From: Elusimicrobiota bacterium
GTDB taxonomy: Bacteria > Elusimicrobiota > Elusimicrobia > 2-01-FULL-59-12
DNA: 64,000 nt
Reading direction: 5' to 3'
Assembly (NCBI GenBank): GCA_041660185.1
Contig: JBAZWU010000001.1
Coordinates: 338,313-402,312 of the forward strand
The notes under the pieces were generated by a model. It did not search any database. It worked only from the letters and a program-made list of their open reading frames with translations, and was not told the origin of the DNA. Shown piece by piece: positions 17,525-28,812 of the stretch (within the stretch, counting starts at the first letter, position 1; each line of letters starts with the position of its first letter). Made by a program: the position numbers and the translations under genes.

Positions 17525-18742
17525 TTACGCGTTAGGAAGAGCGGCAATGCCGGGGAGGAGTTTGCCTTCCAGAAATTCCAGGGAGGCGCCGCCGCCTGTC
17601 GAGATGTGAGAAAGTTCGTTGGCAACACCGGCTTGTTTCACGGCGGCCACAGAGTCGCCGCCCCCCACAATGGTTGTGGCACCGTATTTGGTCGATTCCG
17701 CCAGGGCTTTCGCTACGGCGAGCGTCCCGGTCGCAAAAGGAGGCATTTCGAAGATGCCCATGGGGCCATTCCAGAGGACTGTTTTGGCCTTCTGAAGCAG
17801 CGGGAGTAAAGACTTAATCGTTTGCGGCCCGATATCCACGCCGATCCACCCCACCGGAATCGATCGATCCGTCGTAGTAGTGACCGGCGCTTTTGTATCC
17901 ACCTGTTCCACAATCAGATGGTCTTGAGGAAGGAAGACCTGAACGTGTTTTTCCTGGGCTTTTTTCAGCAGCGACTTCGCCACATCCACTTTGTCCGGTT
18001 CAACTTTGGAGTTACCGACTTCAATACCCTGCGCCTTCAGGAAGGTGTAAGCCATGGCTCCGCCGATCACCAGGCCGTTCACTTTGTCCAGGAGGCTTTC
18101 GATCACTTCGATTTTGTCCGAGACCTTGGAGCCTCCGAGGATGGCGATGAAAGGGCGTTCGGGATTTTCCAGGGTCTTGCTGAGGTAGAAGATTTCCTTG
18201 GCCAGCAAAAGACCCGCCGCGCTGGGCAACAGCTGAGCCACTCCGACGGTGGAAGCATGCGCCCGGTGAACGGCTCCAAAGGCATCCTGCACAAAAACAT
18301 CCGCCAGAGCGGCGAGCGCTTGCGCAAAAGCCGGGGCATTCCCCTCTTCCTCGGCATGAAAGCGGAGATTTTCCAGAAGCAGAATATCGCCTGCCTTCAA
18401 GCTCTGGGCCAGTGCCGTGACATCCGGACCGATGCAGTCTGGTGCGAACTGGACCGGACGTTTCAGCAGTTCTTCGAGGCGTTTGGCGACCGGTTTTAAG
18501 CTGTATTTCGGATCGGGTTTCCCTTTGGGCCGGCCCAGGTGAGCCGCCAGAATGAGCGCCGCCCCTTTTTGCAGCAGAAACTGCAAGGTGGGCAGCGTCT
18601 CCCGGATACGGGTATCATCCGTAATAACACCTTCATCATTCAGCGGGACGTTGTAATCCACTCGGACAAAAACACGTTTTCCCTGCACCGGAAGGGTATC
18701 AACCGTGCGCTGGGTGATGGGTGGAATCGTCGCCGTGCTCAT
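17525..18742 (-). CDS. pgk: phosphoglycerate kinase
   Basis: [20 protein letters not shown] and GGGASLE motifs. Start trimmed to MSTATIPP. Confidence 0.9.
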   Translation of the reverse strand: MSTATIPPITQRTVDTLPVQGKRVFVRVDYNVPLNDEGVITDDTRIRETLPTLQFLLQKGAALILAAHLGRPKGKPDPKYSLKPVAKRLEELLKRPVQFAPDCIGPDVTALAQSLKAGDILLLENLRFHAEEEGNAPAFAQALAALADVFVQDAFGAVHRAHASTVGVAQLLPSAAGLLLAKEIFYLSKTLENPERPFIAILGGSKVSDKIEVIESLLDKVNGLVIGGAMAYTFLKAQGIEVGNSKVEPDKVDVAKSLLKKAQEKHVQVFLPQDHLIVEQVDTKAPVTTTTDRSIPVGWIGVDIGPQTIKSLLPLLQKAKTVLWNGPMGIFEMPPFATGTLAVAKALAESTKYGATTIVGGGDSVAAVKQAGVANELSHISTGGGASLEFLEGKLLPGIAALPNA

Positions 18743-18755
18743 GGGAGTCCTTCCG

Positions 18756-19808
<1,053 letters not shown>

Positions 19809-19898
19809 TCAGAGCGGTGAGCGGAGTCGAACCGCTTAACCCGCCTTCGAATCGAGATTTTTTAGGACGGTTGTCTGATGTACAACGCGCGTATTTTA

Positions 19899-20648
19899 TT
19901 ACAAATCACGGGCCAAAACAAGCGCCTTGACCTCGGCGGCGCCGGTTCCGCGGAGCAGACGCGCGCATTCCGTCAGGGTCGTGCCGGTGGTGCAGATATC
20001 ATCGATCAGAAGCACCGTGCGCTTCCGGAGGGTCGAGGCGGCTTGAGCGTTCGGGTGAAGGCCGAAGGCTTCTTTCAAATTGCTGCGGCGGGAGGGCCGT
20101 CCCAATTTGAATTGCGGGCGCGTGCGGCGCAGCCGGATCAGAGTTTTTCCGTTGGATGGAATCCGGATGCGGCGGCTCAAGCATTGGGCCAGGAGCGCGG
20201 CCTGGTTGTAGCCTCGAACGTGTTCGTTTTTCGGATGAAGCGGTACCGGCAGAAGAAGATCCACCGGCTGCAGTTCCGGATAGCGTTCAAACGCGCTGGC
20301 CATTAATAAGGATAAGGAATCGGCCATCGATCGACGCCCGGCGTACTTAAAACGGTAAATGGCGTCGGGGATGATACCGGTATAGGTGACCGCCGCCCGG
20401 ATCAGGATCGATGAGGGATCGTTCCGGCATGAAAAACAAATTCTTCCGCCATCTTTCAGCGGAACACCGCAGAGCCGGCACACGAGTGTTTCCAGTCTGG
20501 GGATGGACAGCCAGCAGCGGCCGCAGAAGCCGACGTCCTCAAGTTCAGCGAGAGCTGTTCGACAGCCCGCACATGCCCACGGCATGAAGAAGCGAAGGAT
20601 ATACTGCCAAAGTCGTGACAGATAATGTGGCCGGATCGGAAAGTCCAT
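19899..20648 (-). CDS. ComF/GntX-family phosphoribosyltransferase-domain protein
   Basis: N-terminal Cys-rich zinc finger (CAGCRT..CGRC..CRLCG) and a C-terminal PRTase motif LLIDDICTTGTT. Confidence 0.75.
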   Translation of the reverse strand: MDFPIRPHYLSRLWQYILRFFMPWACAGCRTALAELEDVGFCGRCWLSIPRLETLVCRLCGVPLKDGGRICFSCRNDPSSILIRAAVTYTGIIPDAIYRFKYAGRRSMADSLSLLMASAFERYPELQPVDLLLPVPLHPKNEHVRGYNQAALLAQCLSRRIRIPSNGKTLIRLRRTRPQFKLGRPSRRSNLKEAFGLHPNAQAASTLRKRTVLLIDDICTTGTTLTECARLLRGTGAAEVKALVLARDL

Positions 20649-20693
20649 TTCGTTCTCTTAGATGTACGTGACGAATATTTATTCGTTTTTTAC

Positions 20694-20812
20694 CCTCACC
20701 CCAACCCTCCCCCTCCGCAGGGGGAGGGAGTGTCAGATTCGCAGGGAATACTTTCCCTCTCCCTGTTGAGGGAGAGGGCCTGCCTGCCGGTAGGCAGGCC
20801 GGGGTGAGGGTG
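20694..20812. repeat. nested GC-rich palindromic element abutting the stop of the giant OMP gene
   Basis: Outer stem CCCTCACCCC..GGGGTGAGGG encloses hairpins CCCTCCCCCTCCGCAGGGGGAGGG, CCCTCTCCCTGTTGAGGGAGAGGG and CCTGCCTGCCGGTAGGCAGGCCGG. The flanking T/A tract is on the wrong side for a canonical intrinsic terminator. Confidence 0.5.
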
Positions 20813-23800
20813 TTAGAACTGAATGGTGAGGAGGCTGTTGAATTCGTAGCTGTAGAAGTTGGCGTTGGAGCTGGCTTTGTTGGCGGTGTAGCCGTAGCTT
20901 CCGCCGACGGTGAGGCGCATGTTGGAGGTCATTTCGTAGTCTTCACTGGTGGTAAAGGCGTAGGTGTCCGTGTTGTTCTGGAGATCGTTCAGGCTGGATC
21001 GTTTTTGCGTGAGGGACATGGTGTTGGTCGTGCGGATGCGGTTTGAGAACACGATCAGATCGCCGAAAGGCAGTCTCAAACCCGCCGGGAGGAAGAGATC
21101 CGCGTACACTTGCAGTGCGGGGGTTCGCTGAGTCAAATCCGTCGTCAACCGGCCCGACGAATCGACGGCTTTTTGTTTGCTTTGATCATATTTTGGAGTA
21201 ATGCGCCACTTGCCCAGATTGAATCCGAGTTGGGCTCCTAGGGTTTCCCCTTTTGCGTCGTTGCTGGTCACGTTGTTGACCCGGTCAAACGTGTTGTCCG
21301 TGGTCTGCGTATACGAAAGAAAAATGTCGAGTTTCCGCCAGAACGTAAATCGCCAATCGCCGCCGTTGGTTGTTGTTTTCTGCAGGGAGGTGTCGACGGT
21401 GTCGACTTCTTTGATTTGAGTCTTCAAGTTCAACTGGCTGTTGGACATGAAGTCCTGCGCATGGAAGAAGTATTCCGTCTGGGTGAGGCTGAAAATCATG
21501 TCGGGGAAGATCCGGGTCAGGACCCTGGAAGGAGTCCCTGTGGTTTCCTGCCGCTGCTTCGTATTGGTGAAGGTCGATGTTAAAGACAGGGTCCGCAGCG
21601 GAGCGGCAGGGCCTGTCCAACGGGACGCCCATTCAAAAGGACTCCAGCGCTGGGTGGACCGGAACGTATCCCGCAGGGTCAGTTGTTGACGCGTGGCATG
21701 GTTCGGATCGTTCAGATCCAGATTGTCAGGGGAGAGCGCTTTGCGTACGGTGAAAATACTCAGACTGTTGTAACCTCCCGCGACTTTATTCCAGCTGTCG
21801 CCATCTTCAATCAAATAACTCGAAACGACATTCAACGATTGAAGGGGACGCACACGGGACGTGAAGTCCCGCCAGGCAAAATCCCAGGCCAGTTCTCCGG
21901 TCGCGGTCCGGTCGACGGATTTGAGGCGCGTCGCTTTGAGCGGATCGCCATTTTGAGTGTCGGTGAACAGAGGGATCCCGTAGGTTTCCCGGGACGTGAT
22001 GGTGTAGCGCGTTCGAGGGGCGAACCATCGTCTGAAAGTGAGAATCCCGTCAAATCCAGCGGTTTGTGCCCGCGTTTTGTCGTAGATCAGCGACTGGGTC
22101 GTTAACGTGCCCGTGTCAAGGATGGCATCCTTAAACTCCCGCGTGATCGAAAGGTTATAGTTGGGATTAAACGTAAATCCGGGCAAGGGTTGAAACGACA
22201 GTTTCGCACCGATGTCGTGCGTATCGTCCCGGGTGTTGGACACCGAAAAGGGATCCGAGGCTCCCGAAAGGGCTCCGGCGCCAAAATCCAAATTGAGCCG
22301 AGTCAGTTTGTAGCTCAGGGCAATGGTTTTGGGCAGATACGCGCGCTGGACCGGCACGGTATAGTCCAGGGTGGAGCCGTAACGGTTTGTTTTGTCCGTC
22401 CGGAAGAGCAGCTGGGTGTCAATTTTGTTGGTGTCATACGTGAGGCCGACTTTGGGCCAGGCCGGAACCTGCAGCGTGCCTTGCGAGGTGAAGCCGGTCT
22501 CTTCCACCCGGCCTTCCTGTAAAACGGACACGAGCGTCGTGTTGGAAATATTGCTGACCGTCGGAGTAGTCGTGCGGCGCTTGAGTCCGGTGAACTTCAT
22601 CGGGAAAAACGACAGCCGGCTGATCGTTAAATAACCGTTTTCTTCACGGCGATCCTGGTTGGTGATGGCGCTGGTGAAGGTTTCAAAATTCCGGTCCACA
22701 TTGCGTGTCGCCGCCCCGAAGGTTCCCCACCCGAAGATTTCAAAATCCGTGGCGATTTTTGTGGCATAGCCGACCCGCGTGAGCACATCGGCGGCATGAA
22801 ATTCGTCGAACCAGACTTCTCCTGAGTTGCCGGCGCTCGATGTATTCTGGATGCCGATGCGGATCTGCTGCACGTTTGTCAGAACAGGATTGCCGACCCG
22901 GGTGATGGTCCCCGGCGAGGGATTTCCATCACCATCCTGCCAGCTGTCCGCGCGCTGGTTTCCAGAGGTCGAGATTTGTTTGATCGTAATTTCCCGCCAG
23001 TTGGTCCACGTGACGGGGGCCCGGTATTCCAGATAGTCCGTATCGGTTCCGACACGGAAGAAGAACACTTCGTTGTTGGCCAGATTCCCATCTCCAAAGA
23101 GGAAGAATTTGAGACTGCCATAGGGGCTGAAATCCATCGCCGAGTTGGAACGGCTGACGGTTGTCACCGACGAGCCGGCCAATCCGGGATCAAACGCATA
23201 CGTCAAAGCCAGAGCCTGCTCCCGGCGTTTGGTCGGGGTCGGGCCGCTCAGGGCGGTGTTGATCTGGTTGAGGGCGTCAAAGTCGGGATTTCCGGCCGGC
23301 GAAACGTAGGGAAACCCGTTGGGACGGTTCGTGGTCGAATCATCCTCGTTGTTGACTGCGGCCACCGTGACCGTTGATCCTGCGATCGAGGCGTCGGGCA
23401 GCCAGCGGTTACCGACCACGGCGATCTTGGCGATCTGGATGGTTCCATTCCTGACGGAGCCGCTTCCCGGCAAGAGCGAAACCCTCATTTCTTTAATGGA
23501 ACTCCATTGCTGGGCGGCGGTTTGAGAGCTGATCGCCAGCGGGATCCGGACAAACTGCCATCCTGAAAAGTCGACGGTATTGGCGGGCGAGCCTCCCGGG
23601 AAGTCGATGGGTTTGGAGGTGTTGGCATAACCAAAATGGCTTCCGATCGTCGAGATCTCGGAATCTAAAATTCCGTTATGATCCAGATCTTCCGTGTCCA
23701 GATGGAGATTGCCGGCGCCGACCTGGACGGTCGAGCTGTCCGGGTCGACAAACGTCCATCCCACATCCTCCGCGACATCCAAGATCCCGTTTAAATTGAT

Positions 23801-24955
23801 GTCTTCCGTGCGCGGGGAGTTGTCGCCGGGAGGATGTCCATTGATCGCAACGGAATTCCCGCTCGAGTTGATGTAGCCACCGCCGTGTGTGCCGTCCGCG
23901 TCTTCATTGATCTGCCCGAGCGTCAGATTCAGCTGGGTGCCGCTGGGATTGCCGGACGTTCGCGTTCCGTCTCCGTGGATCCACATTTCCACATACAGTT
24001 TTCTGGAAAAGTCCACGCCGGTGGGGCTAAGGACGGTGGCGATGGACGCTTCCGCTGAACGGGAAAGATCATAATGAATGTCCAGGACCTGCATCTGGTC
24101 TCCGGCCAGGGCGGAGGCATTCGGATTGATGGCCAGGGTGCGAACCTGTTCATTCACCAGGTTATCGCAAGCCCCCCGCTGAAGCGAAAAAGGCGTTGTA
24201 CAGGCGGGCTGGGCCGGCGTGTGAACGCTCCCGATGGAATCGGCGTACGTGACATGGCCTCCCGTGTTCGTGGCATTGGAGGCGATTTGCCAGTTGACCG
24301 CACTTAAACTGACGGAGGTTTCGTCTTTGATGCCTTCCATATTGTCGATCAGCGCTTTGCCGAAGGTGTTGGGGTTCCGGGCGCTGCGTGCGACTTCCCC
24401 CGTCACAGTCGTTTTTAACAGAGGCAAGGGGTTGAAAATAAGATCCTTCAGATGGAGATCTCCCTCCGTGACCAGGAAGCTCCCGGAGGTTTGCCGGATG
24501 TCCGGGGCCGCGGTCTGTTTTGGAGCGAAATCATAAAGAACCGTGGAGCCGATCAAACTGCTGGCCAGAATCGGATGAACCGGCGACATGGACACTTCCA
24601 CGCGCTCCCCGACCAGGGTGTCCTGTTGCGCGCCGGCGATGCCGAACGGCGAAAAATCGTAGGTGGCTTGAATCCGGCTCTCTTCGGTAATCTGGTCTTC
24701 GTTATAGAACGTGATAAAGCCGGACTCGTAGTCGATGAAGTAATCGACGTCGCGCGCCAGCACGCGGCCATTCATCGAAATGCGTTCGCTGTTCAGAATA
24801 ATATTGGGCCGCAGGGTGTACGTTTTGACGCGCGAGCGGTATTCCACAAAAAAGCTGGATTGCGTCGTGGGGGTAGGGGCATAAACTGAAGCATACTGGG
24901 AGCGGCCATTATCCAGACGCTGCGTCAAAGCAAACGTCCCGGCTTCAAAGTCCAT
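20813..24955 (-). CDS. C-terminal ~1380-aa portion of a giant outer-membrane beta-barrel protein (SprA-like?); probably the same gene as 24925..26436
   Basis: Ser/Thr/Asn-rich amphipathic beta-strand composition. Ends ...SYEFNSLLTIQF (aromatic C-terminal OMP beta-signal). It has no signal peptide of its own, and the reading frame stays open upstream of its ATG. Confidence 0.6.
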   Translation of the reverse strand: MDFEAGTFALTQRLDNGRSQYASVYAPTPTTQSSFFVEYRSRVKTYTLRPNIILNSERISMNGRVLARDVDYFIDYESGFITFYNEDQITEESRIQATYDFSPFGIAGAQQDTLVGERVEVSMSPVHPILASSLIGSTVLYDFAPKQTAAPDIRQTSGSFLVTEGDLHLKDLIFNPLPLLKTTVTGEVARSARNPNTFGKALIDNMEGIKDETSVSLSAVNWQIASNATNTGGHVTYADSIGSVHTPAQPACTTPFSLQRGACDNLVNEQVRTLAINPNASALAGDQMQVLDIHYDLSRSAEASIATVLSPTGVDFSRKLYVEMWIHGDGTRTSGNPSGTQLNLTLGQINEDADGTHGGGYINSSGNSVAINGHPPGDNSPRTEDINLNGILDVAEDVGWTFVDPDSSTVQVGAGNLHLDTEDLDHNGILDSEISTIGSHFGYANTSKPIDFPGGSPANTVDFSGWQFVRIPLAISSQTAAQQWSSIKEMRVSLLPGSGSVRNGTIQIAKIAVVGNRWLPDASIAGSTVTVAAVNNEDDSTTNRPNGFPYVSPAGNPDFDALNQINTALSGPTPTKRREQALALTYAFDPGLAGSSVTTVSRSNSAMDFSPYGSLKFFLFGDGNLANNEVFFFRVGTDTDYLEYRAPVTWTNWREITIKQISTSGNQRADSWQDGDGNPSPGTITRVGNPVLTNVQQIRIGIQNTSSAGNSGEVWFDEFHAADVLTRVGYATKIATDFEIFGWGTFGAATRNVDRNFETFTSAITNQDRREENGYLTISRLSFFPMKFTGLKRRTTTPTVSNISNTTLVSVLQEGRVEETGFTSQGTLQVPAWPKVGLTYDTNKIDTQLLFRTDKTNRYGSTLDYTVPVQRAYLPKTIALSYKLTRLNLDFGAGALSGASDPFSVSNTRDDTHDIGAKLSFQPLPGFTFNPNYNLSITREFKDAILDTGTLTTQSLIYDKTRAQTAGFDGILTFRRWFAPRTRYTITSRETYGIPLFTDTQNGDPLKATRLKSVDRTATGELAWDFAWRDFTSRVRPLQSLNVVSSYLIEDGDSWNKVAGGYNSLSIFTVRKALSPDNLDLNDPNHATRQQLTLRDTFRSTQRWSPFEWASRWTGPAAPLRTLSLTSTFTNTKQRQETTGTPSRVLTRIFPDMIFSLTQTEYFFHAQDFMSNSQLNLKTQIKEVDTVDTSLQKTTTNGGDWRFTFWRKLDIFLSYTQTTDNTFDRVNNVTSNDAKGETLGAQLGFNLGKWRITPKYDQSKQKAVDSSGRLTTDLTQRTPALQVYADLFLPAGLRLPFGDLIVFSNRIRTTNTMSLTQKRSSLNDLQNNTDTYAFTTSEDYEMTSNMRLTVGGSYGYTANKASSNANFYSYEFNSLLTIQF

Positions 24956-26436
24956 AAGAATTTGCCCGCTGTTGTTCGCAGATATTGGATCCCGACACTT
25001 TGCCCGATCGGATTGTTGCCCAGATCGCGCAGCTGCAGAATAAAGTTCCCCTGGCCGTTATCTCTGACAATTTTCGTGGTGCCGATGTTGTAATGGGTCA
25101 GTTCTTCGGTTGCCGGGATCAGGGTGATCTGGGATTCATCCCATTTAATTGTTTTATACATGCCGGATTGTCCGCGGCTTTGACTGATGGGCGTCGCTGA
25201 ACCCGGAGGGTTGTAATCAACAGCCACGACGCTGGTATTGGACAGCGTGTTCCGGAACGTGATGACGCCCACGCTGGGGTCTACGGTGTAATCCGAGCCT
25301 TGAGCCAAAAGAGTAAAGCTCCCGATGTATACCGCGGAAGAGCTCCCGGGCAAGTTCGAAATCAGCGATTGATCAACGGTTAAAGGAATAAGGCTGGCCA
25401 GTGAACGGGTGTTATCGCGGGTATCGAGATAGATTTTCAATGAAGAAAGATTGATGGGTTTATCTCCACTGGCTCCGTTCAGATTCGTGTAGTTGTAATA
25501 TCGGTGTCTGATGTAGGCGGTGTCCGGGATCGTCAGACGCTGCAGAATAACATTTCCGATAAACTCCTTTGTTTCCGTCTGGCCCTTCGTCCGGCTGCCG
25601 ATGACGTAGCCGTGAAGCGCTTTGTATTTCAATTCGGCGGAGGCCCCGAAGACTTGTTTGCTGTAACCGGCGAACTCGGTCTGGGGGAGCGACAAATTGA
25701 TGTCTCCAAAAGCGGCCCGTTGGACAATTTCGTCAGGGTCGCCTTTGTACACAATTGAAATATCCTTTTTATCTTGTTTGGTGTCATCGAAGTCGACATT
25801 CACCGTGACTTTTCGTCCGATTTGACCGTTGATGCGGACCTGCAACTGCTGCTGGAGTTCAAAATTACTTTGGCCGCTGGGAACACCTTGTGTGGTGGCG
25901 TAAGCGCTGTTGGTGTAGTTGGTGCTGCGATACGTCATGCCGATGGTTTTGCGGCCGGATACGGTTAACCGGGATTCATAAGGCAGCTGGACGGTAAAGC
26001 CCGGAGGCGGTGGAACCGCCGGCGCCAGCCGACCCGCCGGGGAGGTCGAAAGGACCACTTCCGAAGGCAGCGGCTGGAAAAGAGGTTGTCCCGACTCAAT
26101 GAGCGAGCGCATTTCGTTCCACCGTTCGCGTCTGTTGCGCAACTCCTGGTAAGGTTCGAGATCCAAGGTCGCGAGTTGGATAGTATCGGTGGTGCTTGTG
26201 TCGTATTCCTGGAGATCCGGCAGAAGTTCTTCAACGGGTTTTTTGAGCAGGTGAACCGACTCCAGAATAATATCCGGAAGAGCGTTCGCCCCGTGCAGGG
26301 AATAAAACGCGATTGAAACGAGGCCTGCCAACAGACCCCAGCGGAGTAAAGCGTTTTTCACTTTTCGCACTTTAGACGCACTGATTATGTCCGTCTTTCT
26401 ATCAATCTGCAAGTCTTTTTCATAAAACCTCGCCAA
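24925..26436 (-). CDS. N-terminal ~500-aa portion (signal anchor plus beta-rich domain) of the same giant OMP, or a separate membrane-anchored partner
   Basis: N-terminal hydrophobic segment LLRWGLLAGLVSIAFYSL. Overlaps the downstream ORF by 31 nt in a different frame. Confidence 0.5.
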   Translation of the reverse strand: MARFYEKDLQIDRKTDIISASKVRKVKNALLRWGLLAGLVSIAFYSLHGANALPDIILESVHLLKKPVEELLPDLQEYDTSTTDTIQLATLDLEPYQELRNRRERWNEMRSLIESGQPLFQPLPSEVVLSTSPAGRLAPAVPPPPGFTVQLPYESRLTVSGRKTIGMTYRSTNYTNSAYATTQGVPSGQSNFELQQQLQVRINGQIGRKVTVNVDFDDTKQDKKDISIVYKGDPDEIVQRAAFGDINLSLPQTEFAGYSKQVFGASAELKYKALHGYVIGSRTKGQTETKEFIGNVILQRLTIPDTAYIRHRYYNYTNLNGASGDKPINLSSLKIYLDTRDNTRSLASLIPLTVDQSLISNLPGSSSAVYIGSFTLLAQGSDYTVDPSVGVITFRNTLSNTSVVAVDYNPPGSATPISQSRGQSGMYKTIKWDESQITLIPATEELTHYNIGTTKIVRDNGQGNFILQLRDLGNNPIGQSVGIQYLRTTAGKFLWTLKPGRLL

Positions 26437-26464
26437 AACTCGCTATAATCCTCGCATTAAAGTC

Positions 26465-26616
26465 GTCATTCTCGGCGGTCTCTGGCCGGGAATCTAACAT
26501 CAAACTGGATCTTAGATCCCCCGCACCGTCCACCTGTTGAATGAAACAGTCGGTGCGGCCCTGTCGATGAGAACATCGACGGGGAGTCGGGGCCGCCTGC
26601 GGCCGCGGGGGATGAC
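26465..26616. repeat. bipartite palindromic repeat, copy 2 (expanded loop), in lptF 5' leader
   Basis: GTCATTCTCGGC..GCCGGGAATC and GATCCCCCGC...GCGGGGGATGAC. The second hairpin has an about 80-nt loop containing further hairpins (CCGCACCG..CGGTGCGG, TCGATG..CATCGA). Confidence 0.55.
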
Positions 26617-26625
26617 GGAAGAATT

Positions 26626-27720
26626 ATGAAAATCCGGATCCTCTCTCGTTATATTCTCGAGGAATATCTCAGCAATCTGCTGCTGGGGCTGATTATTTTT
26701 ACGTTTGTCCTTTTACTGGACCGCCTCTTTGAACTGGTTGATCTGTTGTTGAATAAGGGCGTTGGCCTTTCGCTTTCCTTTCAGCTTCTGATGCTTTTGC
26801 TTCCTTCTTCCTTGACGATCACCTTGCCGACCTCCTGCCTTCTGGCGACGCTCCTGACGTTCGGGCGGTTATCCGAAAACAATGAGATCACCGCGGCGCG
26901 GGCCAGCGGCTTGGCGGCGTGGAGTTATGTGAGGATGCCCCTGGCCGCCGCGGTTCTGGCCAGCGCCTTCCTTTTTCCATTTAATTCCTATTGGGCGCCG
27001 CATGCGCACGCCCATTTCCGGCAGCTCTATGTGCGCGTTTTGCAAAAAAACCCGTTGGTTCGTATTGAAGAGAAAACATTTGTTGAGGTGGGTGATTATC
27101 ACCTCTACGTCGATAAAAAAGGCCGCCGAAGTCCAATCCTGAAAGGCGTGACCATCTATAAGACACCGGCGGAGGGAGCGCCGCTTCGCATCTTTGCCGA
27201 ACGTGGGCAGGCATCGGTGGACTCCGAACAAGGCGTGCGTTTTTTCCTGGAGGACGGGCGGATCGAAGAAATTGACCCGGCCCGCCCGGACCGATGGACG
27301 TACACGGGGTTTAAAACCTATCAGCTTTTAATCCCGTTCCGTAATTCAGTGCAAACCAGCGAACGCTCGATCGAAGAAATGGACAACCGCGAACTGCAAG
27401 CCCGGATCAACCAGCTCCACGCGCAGAGGTTACCGTCCCCCCTTTTTGCTTGCCAAATCCATCTGCGTTGGGCCATGGCGGTCACCCCGCTTCTGTTCGT
27501 GGGGTTGGGGATTCCGTTGGCCATCCGGGTCCACCGGGGCGGGCGCTCGATCGGTTTCGGGATCAGCCTGCTCGTTCTGGTCGGGTACTATGCGTTGCTC
27601 ATGGGTGGAACAGGGATGGGACAACGAGGAGTCTGGCCGGCCTGGCTGGCGGTTTGGATGGGTAATGGGATTGTGGCTGGCCTGGCTCTGGGGCTGGGGT
27701 GGCGTTTTGTGAGGCACTGA
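26626..27720 (+). CDS. lptF: LPS export ABC permease LptF (YjgP/YjgQ family)
   Basis: 364 aa. 6 TM helices with a central periplasmic domain and YjgP/YjgQ family features. Precedes the paralog lptG. Confidence 0.8.
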   Translation: MKIRILSRYILEEYLSNLLLGLIIFTFVLLLDRLFELVDLLLNKGVGLSLSFQLLMLLLPSSLTITLPTSCLLATLLTFGRLSENNEITAARASGLAAWSYVRMPLAAAVLASAFLFPFNSYWAPHAHAHFRQLYVRVLQKNPLVRIEEKTFVEVGDYHLYVDKKGRRSPILKGVTIYKTPAEGAPLRIFAERGQASVDSEQGVRFFLEDGRIEEIDPARPDRWTYTGFKTYQLLIPFRNSVQTSERSIEEMDNRELQARINQLHAQRLPSPLFACQIHLRWAMAVTPLLFVGLGIPLAIRVHRGGRSIGFGISLLVLVGYYALLMGGTGMGQRGVWPAWLAVWMGNGIVAGLALGLGWRFVRH

Positions 27721-28805
27721 TGCCAATAAAGATTATTGATCGCTATCAGGCCAAGGGATTTTTCGCACCCTTTGGAATCTGTACCGGAATTTTCTCGGTC
27801 ATGGTTATTTTTGGACGCTACTTTGAGAAGATGGACATTTTTAATAACTACCACGCCAAATTAAAGGACATCGTCGTCTACCTGCTCCTCGGATTGCCGT
27901 TTTGGCTGAACATGGTCCTGCCGGTGGCCACGATGCTGGCCCTCTTGTTTTCCCTCGGGCATTTGCAGCAGCGGGGTGAGCTGACCGCCATGCGCAGCGC
28001 CGGTATCGGTTCCCTCCGGCTTTACGCGCCTTATTTTATGATTGGGTTGGCGTTGTCTGTTGTTTCGTTGATTGGAGGCCTGAGTTTTCTGCCTAAATTA
28101 AATTTTGCGGCGCGGGCTATTTATCGAGTCCATATCAAACAGGGACAGGTCTTGAATTACCGGTTGGACCACGTGGTGGCCGCGGGTAGCGATAACCGGC
28201 GTTTTACCATTGGTTGGCTGGATGTCGAAAAGAACGAGATGCGTGAGATTGTGGTGGATCAGTTTACGGATCAGTTCGAATGGCTGGAAACGATCGCGGC
28301 CAAGCAGGCTGTTTACCGGAACAAGAAATGGGTGTTTTTGGATGGAACCTGGCGGCACCGGGATGCCACCCAACCCTATGGGTTGAAAGAGGAACCGTTC
28401 CAGGAGAGGATTGTTCCCATCCCGGAGGCTCCCGCAGATTTTCTTTTGGAAGATAAAATGCCGGATGACATGACCGGGCGCGAAATTCTCCGGCGCATTA
28501 AGCGGTTGCGGACGCTCGGCGCTTCGACGTACAAAGAGCGAGTGGCCCTGCATCTCCGACTGGCACTTCCCTTTGCCAATGTGGTGGTGATCGCTCTCGG
28601 GATTCCGTTTGCCATTCGCCAGGGACATAAAGGACGCACGCAGACGTTTAGTTACGCGCTGGGGCTGGCGTTTCTTTATTGGGGCATGACGTCGATTTGC
28701 CAGTCGTTCGGAGAGCAAGGAAGAATTCCCCCCTGGATTGCAGCTTGGGCGTCCAATATCAGTTTTTCAGCGTTGGCGTTGGGGTTGTTGCGGAAGACGT
28801 TGTAG
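27720..28805 (+). CDS. lptG: LPS export ABC permease LptG (YjgP/YjgQ family)
   Basis: Paralogous to the upstream gene. Start set at MPIKIIDRYQ, overlapping the lptF stop (TGATG). Confidence 0.8.
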   Translation: MPIKIIDRYQAKGFFAPFGICTGIFSVMVIFGRYFEKMDIFNNYHAKLKDIVVYLLLGLPFWLNMVLPVATMLALLFSLGHLQQRGELTAMRSAGIGSLRLYAPYFMIGLALSVVSLIGGLSFLPKLNFAARAIYRVHIKQGQVLNYRLDHVVAAGSDNRRFTIGWLDVEKNEMREIVVDQFTDQFEWLETIAAKQAVYRNKKWVFLDGTWRHRDATQPYGLKEEPFQERIVPIPEAPADFLLEDKMPDDMTGREILRRIKRLRTLGASTYKERVALHLRLALPFANVVVIALGIPFAIRQGHKGRTQTFSYALGLAFLYWGMTSICQSFGEQGRIPPWIAAWASNISFSALALGLLRKTL

Positions 28806-28812
28806 GTTCTGC

